A stretch of DNA of 64,000 nucleotides from Vicugna vicugna (taxonomy: Eukaryota). The position numbers and the translations under genes are program-made. This document shows, piece by piece, positions 11,701-26,700 of this stretch. The stretch lies in contig MU061578.1 in the NCBI GenBank assembly GCA_013265495.1, positions 4,227,308 to 4,291,307 on the forward strand. Reading direction: 5' to 3'. Below the pieces are notes generated by a model. The model was not told the DNA's origin. It saw only the letters and a list, made by a program, of their open reading frames with translations, and ran no database searches. Position 1 is the first letter of the stretch. The number at the start of each line of letters is the position of its first letter.

Positions 11701-14700
11701 TTCTCTGCCATGGAGATCCTTTTATGCTGCCGCTGGCCTGCGCCAGGGCTCTTGGACTGGGGGCTGAGCTCCAGATGGTCAAAGTTGTTACCTGACAGTG
11801 TCCCCTGACTGGATCCCCTTTGAATCTTTGTGGACACCTCTCGCTCGCCTGTCAGTCTTGCTGGTTCCACTTCTGAGCTTTTCTGTCCTCAGCACCTGGC
11901 CACCTTGGTTGTGGTATCCTAGACCAACGCTGCTCTCCTGCTGTCTGCCCTGCGCTTCCTAACTCACCGTTCACGTTGTGAGAGCCACACAACACGCCTG
12001 TCTGCCTGGCTCCCTTGCCTGAGCACCTCCCTCACCCCGCCAGAGGCCCCACAGCCCTTCGGGGGTGGGGTCACCTCCCTCCTGCTTCCCTACACTTCCC
12101 TTTGTGCCTCGACTCCTGCCACCCCGGCTTGGTCGTCCTCCCAAACCCTGTTCACCTGCCAAGACTCAGCTCCTGTGTCAATTGTCCCAGAAACCCTCCC
12201 CTGATTCCTCTCCTGTCCCCACTGCCGCCTGGACGTGGGCCAGCTCAGTGGTAGAGGCCCTTGCCCAGGCTTCCAGAGGATGAGCATCAGGGCTGACATC
12301 CTTCCCCCGTGCCCTCACTGTCTCCTAACCCTTACCTGCTCTACACACGCTGTGTTCAGATGCCTTTTCACAATGCTGCAGAGTCTTATGTGGTTTTTTT
12401 TTAATTAAATGTTACTTCTTTGCGTTGACATACTACAAAATGAATGCATTTTACCTTTCTTTTTAGATTTGCAAGTCACTTCTAGTGTTTTTAAATAACA
12501 CAGGTGTGGAGATCTTTGTAGCACTTTTCTTTGGAAATGCTTTCTTCAGATAAATTTAGACAATTGAGATAAATTTATACTTGATTTTCTTTTTTTTTTT
12601 ACCTTTTTTATTGAAATGTAGTCAGTTTACAGTGTTGTCTTAATTTCTGGTGTACAGCACGATGCTTCAGTCTTACATGAATTTACATATATTCTTTTTC
12701 ATGTTCTTTTTTACTGTAAACTGCTTTAAGATATTAAATATAGTCTTTTGTGTTGTACAGTATAAACTTGTTTATCTATTTTATATATACTGGTCAGTAT
12801 CTGCAAATCTTGAATTCCCATTTTATCCTTTCCCCACACTGATAACCATAAGTTTGTCTTCTGTGTCTATGAGTCTGTTTCAGTTTTATAAATAAGTTCA
12901 TTTGTCTTTTTTTTTTTTTAGATTCCACATATGAGTGATATCATATAGTATTTTTCTTTTTCTTTCTGGCTTACTTCACTTAGAATGACATTCTCCAGGT
13001 CCATCCATGTTGCTGCAAATGGCATTATTTTATTATTTTTTATGGCTGAGTAGTATTCCATTGTATATGAATACCATATCTTGATCCAGTTATCTGTTGA
13101 TGGACAGTTAGGTTGTTATACTTAAGTTTATTGCTTATTGTCTCATCATGAGTGCTGACTCTTCCCCGGGAGGACGAGCATCCCGCCCGCTGGCCTGGGT
13201 GTCTGTCTACTGCTTCCCTGTGTTTCCCATCTGGTTCTGTCCTTGATGAAGGCAAGAAGGAGTGGTGGTCTTGGAGCATGTCACTCACAGCAAGGCCCGT
13301 TTCACAGCAAGACCCCCACGAGCAGTGCCTTCTTTCTGTGGAGTTTAGGGTCCACTGAGGTCTCTCTGACCAGTGAAATGCTCTTGTTTCTCATGAGTCT
13401 TTCTAAATATCTTTCCTGCTCAAAAGCCTTCCACTGGCAACCTTGCGAGCATCCTCCCTCCGATCCTTGCAGTGACTCCCCATAACCAGAGGGCTGCCTC
13501 GGAGGAGGGCTCACGGCCCAACTCCAGTCCTTCAGGCTGCAGGGGCCCCCATCCAGCCTCACATCTTGATGGGGGAAATAACACACAAACAGAATGATGG
13601 GTCCAGCACCTTTTAAGAGTGTATATGTGTGTGTGTGCGTGCACGTGCGCAATTGCCGCTCTCTCTGGAGCCCTTGGAAGTGGGTTCTGTTACCATGCTC
13701 TGGGAGCAGTCCCTTGGTCTGACCCGCAGTCTTACACCAGTGCTGCTGTGTCTGCGTGTTTACTCTCCGTGTCTATGAGGCCATGGACGTGAGCTTGACA
13801 GTGGCCATGATGCATCAGGCTGTCTCCATGGTGTCTGTGTACCTGCCAGTTGTGCTCATCCTCAGCTGAGACTGTTGCTCGCATCCCTGGTTTATTTGAA
13901 AATGTCAACACTGGTCCTGTCGAGTCTGAGGCTGTTGTCATCTGTCACCCTCCCTTCCAGGCTGGCCTGCAGGAATGAGTTTCAACTGTTTGGCTTTCTC
14001 AGTGTCTCCCATTTTTCTTTCCTTTTTTTTCTGGTTACATATCACATTCTTTCTGAAAGTCATTCCACAAGAGCGGGTCCTTCATCTGCTTTGACTGGTC
14101 TCGCAAAACTCGATGGCCTCGCTGACAAGAGAAGAGGACTGGGAGGCTGCCTGGTGAGGTCCCGGAGCCCTGCTCTAGCATGTTCTGTGCTTCCACTGTG
14201 ACGGGCTCCAGGCAGAGTGGACAGCCCCTGGGGGACACTCAGGCTCCCAGGACTTGTCAACCTCATCAGCCCTGTTTCCAACTTGGATGAAGGGCGGACA
14301 CGTCCACCACCTTTGGGTTCCACGCAGGCTCTGCCGGGTTAGCCCGACCTCGTCCTCTCCCTTCTGCTGTGCCCTCTACCTGCCGCATGTTCTTGGTGGG
14401 ACGCCACGAGTGATGCCTTCTTTCTGTTGAGCTCACAGCTCCAGTGGGGTTTCTAGCTGGTCCTAGTCACCCTTCCAAGCTGGCAGCAGCCCATCAGCCA
14501 CTTGAAGCCAGAGGCCTGCCTGCCTCTTGGTGCTGCACTGGCCGCTGTCACAATGTATTGGATGCCGTCCAGCCATTTCACTGCCCCGGGTCCTCTCTCA
14601 GTCTCTGTGGGTTTGCCTGTTCTGAACACTTTCTGTCAGTGGAGTCACACACTGTGTGGCCTTCTGTGTCTGGCTTCTCTCACTGAGCATCACTTTTCCA

Positions 14701-17700
14701 GGTCCATCCTGGGTGTAGGATGTATTTGAGCTTTATTCCTCTTCACGGCTGAGTTTACGCCATTGTCCGAAAGACCACATTTGTTTATCGATTGCCTGGT
14801 GGATCATAGTTTCCTAGGTGGCGGTCCTGGTGGGAGTCCGATGAGACCTGTGGTCTTTCTCTCTGAAGAACGTTCTGGAACAGTTGGCTCGTGATGTTTG
14901 CAGAGTCCCAGGCTCCTTAGATCCTGTCCAAGGTTCAGAATCCTCGTTTCAGGTCGCTTATTCGGAACCTTATTTTCTATTTACGAATACGTTTTTATTT
15001 TCGTTTCCTATAATTATAATCACACAAGTGTTAGGACTTTGGAAAGGGGTCCCAGGGTAGAGCAGTTGTAAGAGAGCGTGGAGGGATGCACGGTGGTGGC
15101 CTCTGCTCTGCAAGACTGTGGGAAAGGGGCTGCCTGTGCTGGGCCGGGCTTCCAAGTCGGGGTCAGCTTCGGTGTCCTACGACGCAGACACTCAGAGTAA
15201 CTGGGGCTTGAGCACGTGAGGGCTTCTCCTCTCAGGTCAGAAACGCCTGTAGGTAGGGTGGACATCAGGGACCAGTTCCTCCTGTCTTTCTCCTCTGCCA
15301 TCCTTAGCACCTTGCTTGGATCTGAGGCGGCTCTGGAGGAAGGAGGAACAAGCGAAAGGGCACATTTCTTCCCAAATCCGTCATTCAGGAGCCTTCCGGC
15401 AGCCTCCCACAGCGCTTCTGCTCACATCAGAGGCCGGGGCCTGGTAGTGCAGCCTTTTCCAGCTACGCAGGCTGCACACAGGCTGTCTTAATTGTCTGTG
15501 TTGCTTCCCAAGTAAAACTGAGGCCTGTTACCAAGAAACAGGGGGAGAGTCTTGAGCATTCAAGCCTTGTCTCCTCTTCCATGTGGCCCCAGGCCCAGGG
15601 CATGTCGGTCAGTTATCAGAGGGGAGTGAGAGGTAGGCGACTGTCAGTTCTGGTGCTGCTAGCCTCGCATGGCGCTGGGCAGATTCCGTGTGTGCGGAGA
15701 GAGGCGGATGACAGATCTAATGATGGTCCCGGGCCCCCCCACCTCAGGGAAGCTGGCTGTGCCGGGCATCTCGTTTTTACCTCCTGGGGACCTTGCTCTG
15801 CCTGTTAGACTAATTTTCTAAGGCACCTCCTCTCTTTCTTGTTTAACTTTTTAATTTGAAAATTACAGAAACAACACTGTGCTCCCGTGTGCTTTCCCCA
15901 TTTCCCCCATTGTTGACATCCTGTGGTCCAGGGCACTGTGGTCAAAACCAGGAGGTCAGAGCATCACATGTGCCCCAGTGCCATCAGTGCACACGAGCTG
16001 GCCGACCCCCGCATGGCTGAGTTCCTCCCTCCTAAAATTCATCCTTTCTTCGTTCCCAGTGTTCTCTCGCGGGCTGAAGAAGTCATCCCAGGAGCTGTAC
16101 GGCCTGATCTGCTATGGAGAACTGCGGAAGAAGATCGGGGGCTGTGAGTAGGCTTCACTCGGGGGGCGGCTTCAGAAGGCGCGTGGCCGCCTCCTCTCAG
16201 GGCCTGCTGTCCTGCTGCTGCTGGGGACGATTCTCATTCTCCCCTACTTCCTTTTTGAAAACATTTTAACATAGAGAAAACTGAAAAAGATTAGAATGAC
16301 TACCGCACACCTTTATTTCAGTTTACCAGTTACTCACCTTGGCCACGTTTGTGCACACCCTCTCCCCCGCTTCGTTCCATGCACCTGCTCTCTTCTTGCT
16401 CAGCCACGTGACTGTAAGTCACAGACATCCTAGCACACTCTACATCCCTCAGCCTCCGTCCCTGGAGAACAAGGACATTGTCCTGCTCACCCAGCATGTT
16501 TGATGTTTATCAAGCGGGTCCCATAATCTTACCTCATGTCCTGCCCAAACTCAGATCTCCCGAAACGTCCCAGCATGCTGACTGGGGCATGCCTGGCGAG
16601 AACAGTGCCTGATCACAGCTGCGTATCTTGAGTCTTGACCAAGAACAGTCCCCTTGGTCTTCCCTGAGCCTAGTTCTGAAGGCTCTGGGCCCCTCCCTTT
16701 GTGCTGCTCTGAGCATCTCCTCATAAGTAGATGCCCTTTAGAGGCACCCCTACTCTGGCCTTCCCGGGGTACCTGTGCCCGGTGCCCAGAGCCCCCTCCC
16801 CGCATGACCACCCATGAGAGGCACCCTTTCCTCTCCAGCCTCCATGTGGCCGCCTGTCACGTGGATTGGGAGAGCACCCACCCACTGGGCCACTGTGAGG
16901 GTTCATGAGATGCTGTGAGGTGATCACAGCCGGCACCTTCTCAGTCACCTTACATGGCACAGTGGGCAGGTGCAGGACTGGGGTGTGGAAGCAACAGGAG
17001 GGAGGGTGGGGCAGGCATTCACTGGGTGACCTGCCGCCTTCTGAGACAGGCAGGAGTGCCTACAAGCCTCTGAACGAAGAGACAGGTGGCCTGGTTCCCT
17101 GCCCTGTTCTCTTGCAGACTGGACTTCTTTAACCACCCCTCCACCCCAGCTCCTCCTTTGAATGGTTTGTGGAGGGGCCTCAAGGGCCCCGCCTCCCTCG
17201 AATCGCTGCTCCCTCACCCCGTCCTTCTCTCTGTCCCCACCCTAAAGTGCTTCTGGCTGTGTGGCAGCATGTGGGGCCAGATGCCGAGGCCCCCTCCTCC
17301 ATCTCCCATGTCTTAACCTCCCAGCCTGAGGCTTCCCCAGGGGAGGCTCGTCTCATTCTCTTGTTGACTTCCTGCTGCCCCTGGGGTGTCACTTGGATCC
17401 TCTGACCCAAGGGGCCTCCGCACTTGGACTTCAGCCCATCTTCTTGCCTGCCTCTGGCTCTCCTGCCAGGCGCCCCTCTGGCTCAACTGCTCCTGGTCCT
17501 GCTGACACACCTGGTTGGTCACTCTCAGCTCATGTGCACAGGTGCACACACATACTCGTGCACATACACACATGTGAGGCCCCGCCTGGGCTTGGGGCTC
17601 CAAAGCTGCTTCAGACCCCTCCACCTCCGTAGGGCCCTCCTGCTAAGCAGCCCCCCGCCCCCTGCCCAGTCCACATGCTGGGACACTGTTGTGTTGTTTG

Positions 17701-20700
17701 GTGAGTGTCTGTGGGGAAGAAACCTGCTCAGATGCCTTCCACAGCACCCTGTGCACAGTGGTGGTCCTTTTTGGGCTTTCTGGAGCATGTCTGAGCTCAG
17801 GTGGTCAGAGCATGCTCTTTATTAATGTACTTTTTCTAACTGAGATCTCCAGATGCATATGGTTCCTGGTCCTTTGACATGCCTCATCTGTGTCTCCAGC
17901 TCCGTGGGCGTCATCCATATTTGAGAAAGGGCTGTGGACCCCCCATTTTGACGCAAATGATTGGTGAAGCCTCCTGGGCTGTTGAGAGACAGGCCCACTC
18001 TTCCCCAGGCTCATGCCACACGGTGTTGGGACAGCCTGGGAGTCCTCACAGCTCTCTACAGTCCTCACCAGTTTGTTCAGACCACTTCTCTTCAAGGGGT
18101 GGTTCTTGCATGGTGCCTCATCTGGTACCTTGAACCCTGAAGTTGTCATGGCTCCATGCACTAGACTGTCTATGCGTCCATCCAGCCTGCCAGATGCGGG
18201 ACCAATGGGCCCTTCCCTCCCCTTTTGCTTATTTACTCCGAGCTCAGCTCACTAGTCCATGAACCTCCATAACAGGCTGGCTCCTGCATCCCACGCTCAG
18301 CATCACCCCAACTGTCATTTACATGGACCAGTCCTTATGGGCATCATGCAGTGAGGGCAGGGCTGCATCTCTCTTGTTTAAGGCCTGGGTCGCTGTTGGC
18401 CCTCTCTGGGGCTAAGTGAGCCCTCTGCCCTCTGCCCGGAAGTGTATCTGGGCCCCCTTCCCTTCAGCCTGTCCGGCTTCCTTCTGTCTTTATCACGCGT
18501 CTGTGCTGGCTATGAATTACTGTCGTTGTTTATCTGAAACAATTTTTCTTCATGGTGGGAGGTCCCCAACCACTTATGTCCTTGCTCCTCTGTAGAGGAT
18601 GCATTGTTTTTGTCTAGCGCCTTTTAAGGTTTTGTCCTTATCTTTCGATTTTGGCCTGGCTGTGTGTTTGTCGTCTGTTGTATTTTTTCTCCCAATACAC
18701 AGAGGAGTTCAGAGCATCTTAACAGAGGCACCGTATCCCCACCACCTCACTCCCGTTCCCCCGTTACTATACTTCCTTTCCCGAGTATTCTGAGGGTTGC
18801 AATGAGGACCTGGAGGGCAGCGGAAATGGGGTATCTCTCAGTAAACACACAGAGTCTTGGTCTGTCATCTGGCAGACCCTGGGGACCTGGGGATTCAGAG
18901 CTGATTAAGGGGGGCCTGCAGGTGACGCAGGAGCCCAGCAGGAGGAGCGTGGGTGAGGCACGGTGGTCACCTGAGAAAGGAGAGTCTCTGGACTTGGTGA
19001 CTGGGAACAAGCAGAGGTTCAGCGTAGCGGGGTCTGGGAGAGAGGTTTATGGGAGGGATGAGCTGTGCAGAGGCAGTAGTGGTCCTTCTACCTGAGGGTG
19101 TCTGGGTGGGCGGAGAGGACATGCATGTGGGGACAGTGCTGTCAGTGCACGTGACACGTTTGGACTCTGCAGGAGGGGCTGCAGTTAACACAGGAATCTT
19201 ATTCCAGAAAACCTCGAATATTACATGAAGTGGTTTGGATTCTACGTTGAAGGTGGTTAGGTGGGAACGTTGATGCGCTCTTAGCTGCTTCATGGTCACA
19301 CGTGTTCATTTTTCCATTTAAGGCATGGACGACAAGAACGCCTCGAAGCTGAATGAGCTCATTCAGGCTGGGTGAGTAGAGCTGGTGGGAGATGCTGCCT
19401 GTCCCTTCCAGGAGTTTGCACTTTTCTCTGAAATACAGACCTTGAGATGTGTGCAGTTTTCTCCCCTTTCCTTAGTGAGAACCATTAAATCCCCAACTCT
19501 GCAGAGTCAGCCCTGACCCCCTCTCAGTTGAACACTTGCCCAGGCCAGGGGTGGGGGTGGGGGTTGACCTGCCCTCAGTGTCGTGGGGGGAGGCCCCTCA
19601 TCCTCCTGCGGGGCTCCTACTGGGGTGGCGTAGTGTTGGCTCTCTTGCTTCCAGAAGGCCGTCCCTCCCGGCCTTCCTGTTGTGTTTTTCTGGTCTCCCT
19701 GCACCTCTTCTGATAGCGTTTTTGCCTCCTCTGCCCGCCAGTCCCTCTAGTGCCTCTGGGCGTGAAGCTGCATCTAACTCTCTGTTCTGCCGTCACTCTT
19801 GGCCTCCAAGGGCTCACGGTTTTCCTGATGACACACAACCACTAGGGACCCCGACTTAGCCCTGGCTGCTGTGACTGGTTCTGCCCCAGAGATGCTGTAC
19901 CAGGACTAACTGCACAGAAAAGCCACCGTGCCAGGTCCTTGCGTTGTCCACCGACATTTTGGCTCACCTGCTGGCCCCCTGCACTCTGACAACCATGCTA
20001 GTAGGTCTCCAGCCTCCAGCCCCATGTCTGACCCTGAGCCACTCTTCAGCTTCTGGGACTGCTCCCCTCCCCCTATACCGCTGCTTCGGGACTGGCTCAG
20101 CGCTGTCCCCAGCCTCTCCTGTCCCTGTACTCTCTCCTTTGGCCTCTATAAGTCTTCCCAGGGCCTCTGTTACCTTTTCTGGGTGAAGGATCCCAGATCT
20201 AACTTGTCCCACATTTCTCTGCTTCAATTTGTAAATTCCATTATGACCCAGATGTCTCCTGTGTGCCACCTGGAAGTCTCCAGCTGCTCTTCCTGAGATG
20301 TCCCCCACCTTGCACTGTGAGAGTCCCTCACTCAGCTGCCTCTCGCTCCTCTCTCTAGTCAGTTGAAAGCACTGCATGTGACCTGTCCTTTCCCCTCACC
20401 CCTGGCCTCTCTCACAGCTGCTGTGGCTCAGTCTGCTAGCCATGCTGCCATGCTGGACTCCATGGCCCAGCCCTGACCATCCTGTTCTGCGGTTGGGATT
20501 CTGCGTGTCTGAATTTCTCACCTGCTGTGGAACCCTCATTGGCGGCCGCCCTGTCCCTCCCACTCACCCTGCCAGAGCTTCCGTGCTGTCCTCTGGACCT
20601 TTCCTCTCTTTGTCGTGGATGGACCCATCTACCATCCCCAGACCTCTGCTGGTTGAAGTTCCACTGTCCCATAGGTCAGAGTGACCCTAGAAACAGTTTC

Positions 20701-23700
20701 CACTGGCCTCTGCTGTGTCCACAGGACTTTGTCTTCCTGCATCCTGGTTGCTTTCTGCCCTCGGCCTGGTGTTGGATGGCCTGGGAGCCCCTCCCTCAGG
20801 CTGAGTGCCTGCCCAGCATCTGCCCTGACAGAGGCTCGGGTCGGGTTCTCCAGGCTCTATAGCTATGCACTGCCACCCATTTGGAGCCTGAGAGTAGCTA
20901 GGTTGTAGGTATCAGTGCCATGTGAAAGAGCAGTGAGTCACCCTCACTGCAGGGGATTGCAGGTGGCGTGGCCAGCTCGTGTCATTGGGCACTTGGAGCC
21001 TCCTGGAGGTGTGGGGGAGTATGGTCGGAGGCAAATAGAGAGAGAGGCCACCGGCCTCGGCCCTGAGGGTTGGTTGTTACCACTGCCCCCGTTCACCTGC
21101 TACAGCTTCAGCCTCTGGCCTCCTTTCCCACCCCAACACCTGCCCTGTGCCCGGCAGGTGGAAGCTGTTTGCTCTAGGATCTGAGATATTCTGGCCGGGT
21201 TGTGTGTATCAGGACTGTTATTAAGAAGGTGCAGGATCCTTGGCTGAGGTTTCTGATGTTAGTGTCTCCCCAGCAGGTGATGGAGTTGCCCTGTGTTGGA
21301 GAACTCTCTCCCGTGATGCAGTTTTGTTGGGCAAATCTCACTGTACGTTTGATTTCAGTTGCCCCAGGTTGTTGAGTGAAGGGTTTTCCCAGCTCTTTGT
21401 TCTGTGCTCAAGGGCACTGGGGCTTGTTTGATGGAAAAGCAGTGTGTTTGCTTGGCTTTGTCTTAGTTGTGTCTCGAGAGCCAGCACAGAGAAGAGATTG
21501 CCCTGTGGAATGTATGGGGACTGTCTCTTGAGTTTCTTGGGGACACATGTGCCTATTCCTCACAACTGATCAGGGTTATGAAGAAGACATGTTTTGATAA
21601 GTTTGAAAATGGCCAGAGGGTCAGTTTTAGGGCCTGCTGGAGAACGCCAAGCCCAAGGCTCTGAGCTGACCATCCAAAGGTAGGGGAAAACCCAGGAGCA
21701 GAGTTGAGGCTTCTCAGGCTCAGCCAGGTCCTGGCTCAGTGAAGCCCCGTGGTGGCTAGAATGGTTCAGAGCACACAAGGATTCCAGGGAGTGTGCATAC
21801 CACACATCTGTTTTGCATCTTTATTTGGTAACATAATATTGAGTCATAATCTAAGTAAAAAAATTAATGTCTGTGAGTCTGTACTGATAAAAGCAATGAT
21901 GGAATAAACAAATAAGTAGAAAACAAGAGAAATCTCCTGTGTAGAATTCCATGTAATTTATATAGACCCTCCGCCCTTGGGGGGTGGGGCATAACTTCCC
22001 TCACTTAAGTGTGGGCTGCCCGCTGTGACCTCTCTGAAGAGGATATATAGCAAGGACCGTGGGGGAGAAACTTGACAGGTGTGACCTCAGCCAGGAGATC
22101 AAGGTCATCTTCAACAGTGACAAGTCAAACTGATGGCCTGGAAAGCCCTGAGGCCCTAGGCTGGAGGAGCATTCGGCAGATGGCTGGGTGCCCTCAGCTT
22201 CTGCTCTCTTGCTCCTTCCTCCGGGCCCTGTCATCGAAAGTGGTCTTCAGGGGTTGGTGTCTTCCCCTCGGCAGTACATCCTTGAGATGCGTCCATGCGG
22301 CTGTGTGGATCCATACATAGTTCGCGCCTTTTGTGGAGTAGTGTCCCCAGTGTGGCTGTTCCGTGGTCTGTTCATCCATCCCCCCGTCAGGCACATGGGC
22401 CGTTGACAGACAGTAAATGCTCAGCACCAGCCTCCAGGGCTTTGTTCACCTCACCTGCGCAAACCCCCAGGAGAATGTAGTGGGTGTGTCCTGACTTCAC
22501 GAGGAGCTGCCAAACTGCTTCCCACGCATCCCACACTTGGCGTTACCAGTTAATTTTTTTGAGTCATCGTAGTGTGTGAAGTGGTGTCTCATTGTGGTTT
22601 CGATGTGCATTTCCCTGGTGACTAATGATGTCGAGCATCTTTCTTGTGCTTATTGGCCATCTGTGTATATTCTGTGGAGGAGTGCCTCTTCAGATCTCAC
22701 ACCCATTTTCTTACCGTTGAGTTTAGTGTGTTCTTTATATGCTGTGGATGTGAGTCTTGTCAGACATGCGATTTGCCAATATTTCCTCCCAGTCTGTGGC
22801 TTGTCTCGTCATTCTCTTTAGCGTTGTCCTTCATGGGAGAGAAGTTTTCAACTTTGATGAAGTCCAATTTATCATCTTTTATGGATTGTGCTTTTCATGT
22901 CATATCTAAGAAGTCTTTGCTGAACTTGAGGTCACAAAGTTTTTTTCTTTTTTTCTTAAAGTTTTATGGATTGACATTTAAATCTGTGACCCACTTTGAA
23001 TTAATTTTTGTGCACGTTGTGAAGTTTGTCCTGAGGTTCAGTTTTTGGCCTGTGGGTGACCGGTTGTTTTGGCCCCACCTGCTGAGAGGCCTATCTGTCC
23101 TCCATTCGCTGCTCTTTTGCCCTTGTCCGTGGTCCGTTGATTGTACCATGTGGGTCTGTTTCCAGACTTTAATTCCGTCCCACTGATTTATTGTAGTTCT
23201 TTAACCAGCAGAGATCAGTTTTTAAGAACAGAGCAAAAAGCCTGTGAAGGTGAAACAGAGATGGGTGGAAATTGGTAAGGTGCCTGTGGAAAACTGCTCC
23301 TTGACTGAAGACCAAAGAGCATTGTGTATTTAACTAACTTCCTGTCCATGCTTCTCATGCAGACCTCTTCCAATTAACTGTCAGTCTCCTTTTGTTATAA
23401 AATTGTAGAATTAGATTAAGGAGTAAATGAACTGAGAAAAGCTCTAAAATTAAATCTTATTATATTGGTCACAGACCCAGTAGCACAGAATTTAGCACAT
23501 GCTTATTAGATTTATCAAGTGGATTTATCAAGTGACTTTGCAGAGAAGAAAATAAACCTCAGATCCAAAAAGAAAGCCCGACTCTTGCGCACGTAGAGGA
23601 ATTGCTCTGTTGCCTGTTTTGTCAGAGGGACACTAGTGGAGGGTTCAGATGAGACCCTCTGTGTTGTTCCACTCAGTCCAAGGTCAGGACGTGACTCTCC

Positions 23701-26700
23701 TGCACATGCTGAGCCAGTCCTCCATCTGTGCTGCTCCAGCCTCGTAGAACTTACATTTGTGAGCTGAGAAACCTCAGAGGGATTCTCTAATCGTAAAAAA
23801 GGGGCTGCTCAATTTCACTTTAAAAAAAAGAAAAAGAAAAAAGGAAGTCACAGAACAGTAGTTTAACAGGAAATGTGATTATCACAAACACAGGCACCAT
23901 GTGACACGCACCACCCCCAAACCCCTACTCTTTAAATCCCGCCGCTCTGCTGTGTTACATTTGGGACAGGTGGGCAGAGCCATCCACTTGTGCCCAGAGC
24001 CCTTTGTTGGAGCAGATTGTCTTGAGAACTGACTCAACGCTGTTGGTCTCCCTCCTGCAGCCTCACCCCACATCATTCACACCTGCTGTAGTGCTTTGCT
24101 GCCTGTGTCTCCCCGGGGTTGACGTGGTTAAGACTCAAGCCCTTGGTCTCTGTAGAGACTTTGTTCCCTGCAGACTCTCATCCTCTCTAAATCACCCCTC
24201 TTGACACAGTGGTTGGAGTGGGGTTGGTGGGGAGCTGGCTTCCTGAGGTCTTCTTGCCTCTTTGGCTGGGCTTCCAGAATCCCAGCTTTGCTCTGTGATG
24301 TCCTGTGTTTGATTCCCAGCAGAGGAAGGGCTCATTTGGTACTTGGATGGGTGGGTGGGTGGAGGACAGGTAGACAGATGAATGGAAGGGTAGATGGATG
24401 GATGGATGGACAGACGGACAGATGGGAAGGAATTACAGCTGCTGTGAGTAAGTTGGTGCTAGAATCCTTGAACTTTCTGTGCTGACTGACTTTCCTCAGC
24501 TATTAGTCCTGACCCCTGTAGGACCTTGCTGTTTGGCCCTCGAAATCTTTGCTTCAAGCCCTGCAGGATTTGGAGGTGAAGGTGAAATCCACTGTGAAGG
24601 GGATTGAGACTCAGTACTGCTGAAATCAGAGCTTGTTTCCCATCTAGGAAGGAGGAACATGCAACCCAGTTTCCCAGGAGGTGGAGCTGTAGAGAAGCAC
24701 TCTTCTCCCAGGCCTGCTGGAGCCTGGCTGGCTTCTCCATCACACGTGTGCACTTGGGGCTGCTCCCTCAGTCACACTGCAGGGAGTGTGTGTGAGAGGC
24801 CCTCCTCTGTGGCCATCCACTTGAGACCACTGTTTGCATTCTGATCCCCGATTTTAGGCAGTATTGTTTTAGAATAAGACTTCTAAAAATTACACAAGTG
24901 ATGCATGAATAATTCTTATGAAAATGTCACAGTATAAATATATGTAAAATATAAGACTACCCCATCCCACACCCCTCTCCAAAAATGATCACTTGACAAA
25001 AATTCTGTGTATCTTCTAAATTTTTCCCCTCAGGGAATTTATGTACGTAAATATACAGTTACAAAGACAAATATGTACAAATATAAACATATAATTTTTC
25101 CACACCTTTGGGAATACACTACATGCTCTCTCTTTTTTCACTGAATATTTTTTCACAGAATGTTTCTTAGAAACCCAGTAGCAAGTACAGAAGCAGCTGT
25201 CTCACCTGAAGTGATCACAGCTGGGAGTTGGTCAGCCTACCTTTACTGAGTATTTCTAAAGCCTTCCAAGTGTGTTATTTTTTGTGGCCTTTATATTCAC
25301 TTCATCAGTTAAATAGTACTATTTCTTTAAAGTATGTAATCCTAACACTATGTAAACTACTACCCCACAGTGTTCAGATGGCATGTCTCCCACAGCGGTG
25401 ACGGATCGTGGACAAGCCCTGTTGACTGGGCCTGCCTGCGCGTCGGGGTGGGTGGTGGGACACAAGCACGTGACCCCCATGCCTGCTGGTCACCAGTGCC
25501 CTGGACTCCCTAGGCCCTGCTGGTGTGGTTTACAGAGGGACTGGGGAATGTCGCTGACATGGAGAGGTGGTCACTAGAGGTGGCTTAAGAGGTCACGTAG
25601 AGGTGGATAAGCCCTTCTGCTCTGGAGGGACCCCCAAGGAGGGTGGTGGAGCTTGCTGTCTGATGTCTGAGGGGGGATCCAGTGAGTAGGCAGGAAGGTG
25701 GGGTGCACGTCCTGAGCTGCGGGCATCCTCTTGGTAGCGTGAGGCATGCTCAGCAAGGCAGAGTCACAGCTCTGTCATTTGTGTTGTGTGCACCTGCCTG
25801 CGATCCTGGGACATGTGGGGCCTGTCTTGGGGCGGAGCAGAGCACGAGCTCTGGAGGCCAGGATGGGCACTCAGCTGGGGCCCTCCAAGCTCCATTGGTG
25901 CAGGACAAGCTGGTCTTCGGTCAGTGTGCTGGGTGGGAAGTGACTGTTCATTTAAAACTCCCTTCCCAGGGCCACCACAGTGCGTTACAAAGGAAGGAAC
26001 CTGCGGATCAAGGCACCCATGTGCCGAGCCCTGAAGAAGCTCTGTGACCCGGACGGTAGGTCAGATGCTGGCGGGGTGGGCCCATCAAGGGGTGTTGTCC
26101 AGCTGAGTTGGGAGCGTCTCACAGTGGCTCTGTGCCTGAGCCCACATGGTCCGGTCCTGCCCGTGGGCAGCTCCTGGACTGGAAGGAACCTCCTTGTCCC
26201 AGCGCTGTGTCCACTAGTGAATCAAGCCCATTCAGAAGCCACAGTTGTCCTCAAACAGAATGTCTGTGGTATCCAGGCGAGTCTCCCAGGGCCTTAGCAC
26301 TGGCACTCCTCGAGGGACTCCTGCCAGCCCTGCTTTCACCACAAGGCTACCCTCTGCTCCACTTTTGATGCCCTTAGACATCCGGCCAAGGGCTGGGCTT
26401 TCTCACTAAGGTCCATCTATGCCAGGCGCTCACGACTCCTTCCTGTCGCAGGCTTGAGTGACGAAGAAGACCAGAAACCAGTGCGCCTGCCCCTTAAAGT
26501 CCCTGTAGAGCTGCAGCCGCGGAACAACCATGCGTGGGCCCGCGTGCAGAGCCTCGCCCAGAACCCACGGCTCAGGTAGTGTACTCGGTGTTTGGGCGAG
26601 TGAGCTTTGAGGGATGGGGCTGGAGAGGGCAGCGTTGGGCTCCCTCGGGGACTCTGGGTGAGCAGCAGTTGTCCCTCCAGTGCTCTGACCAGGTGCTCTG

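Noticed and set aside
22644..23186. 180-aa + strand ORF
   Set aside because: Antisense reading of a decayed L1M fragment.
23509..23534. 13-bp tandem duplication gatttatcaagtg x2
   Set aside because: Two copies with no spacer; ordinary slippage duplication, not an array.
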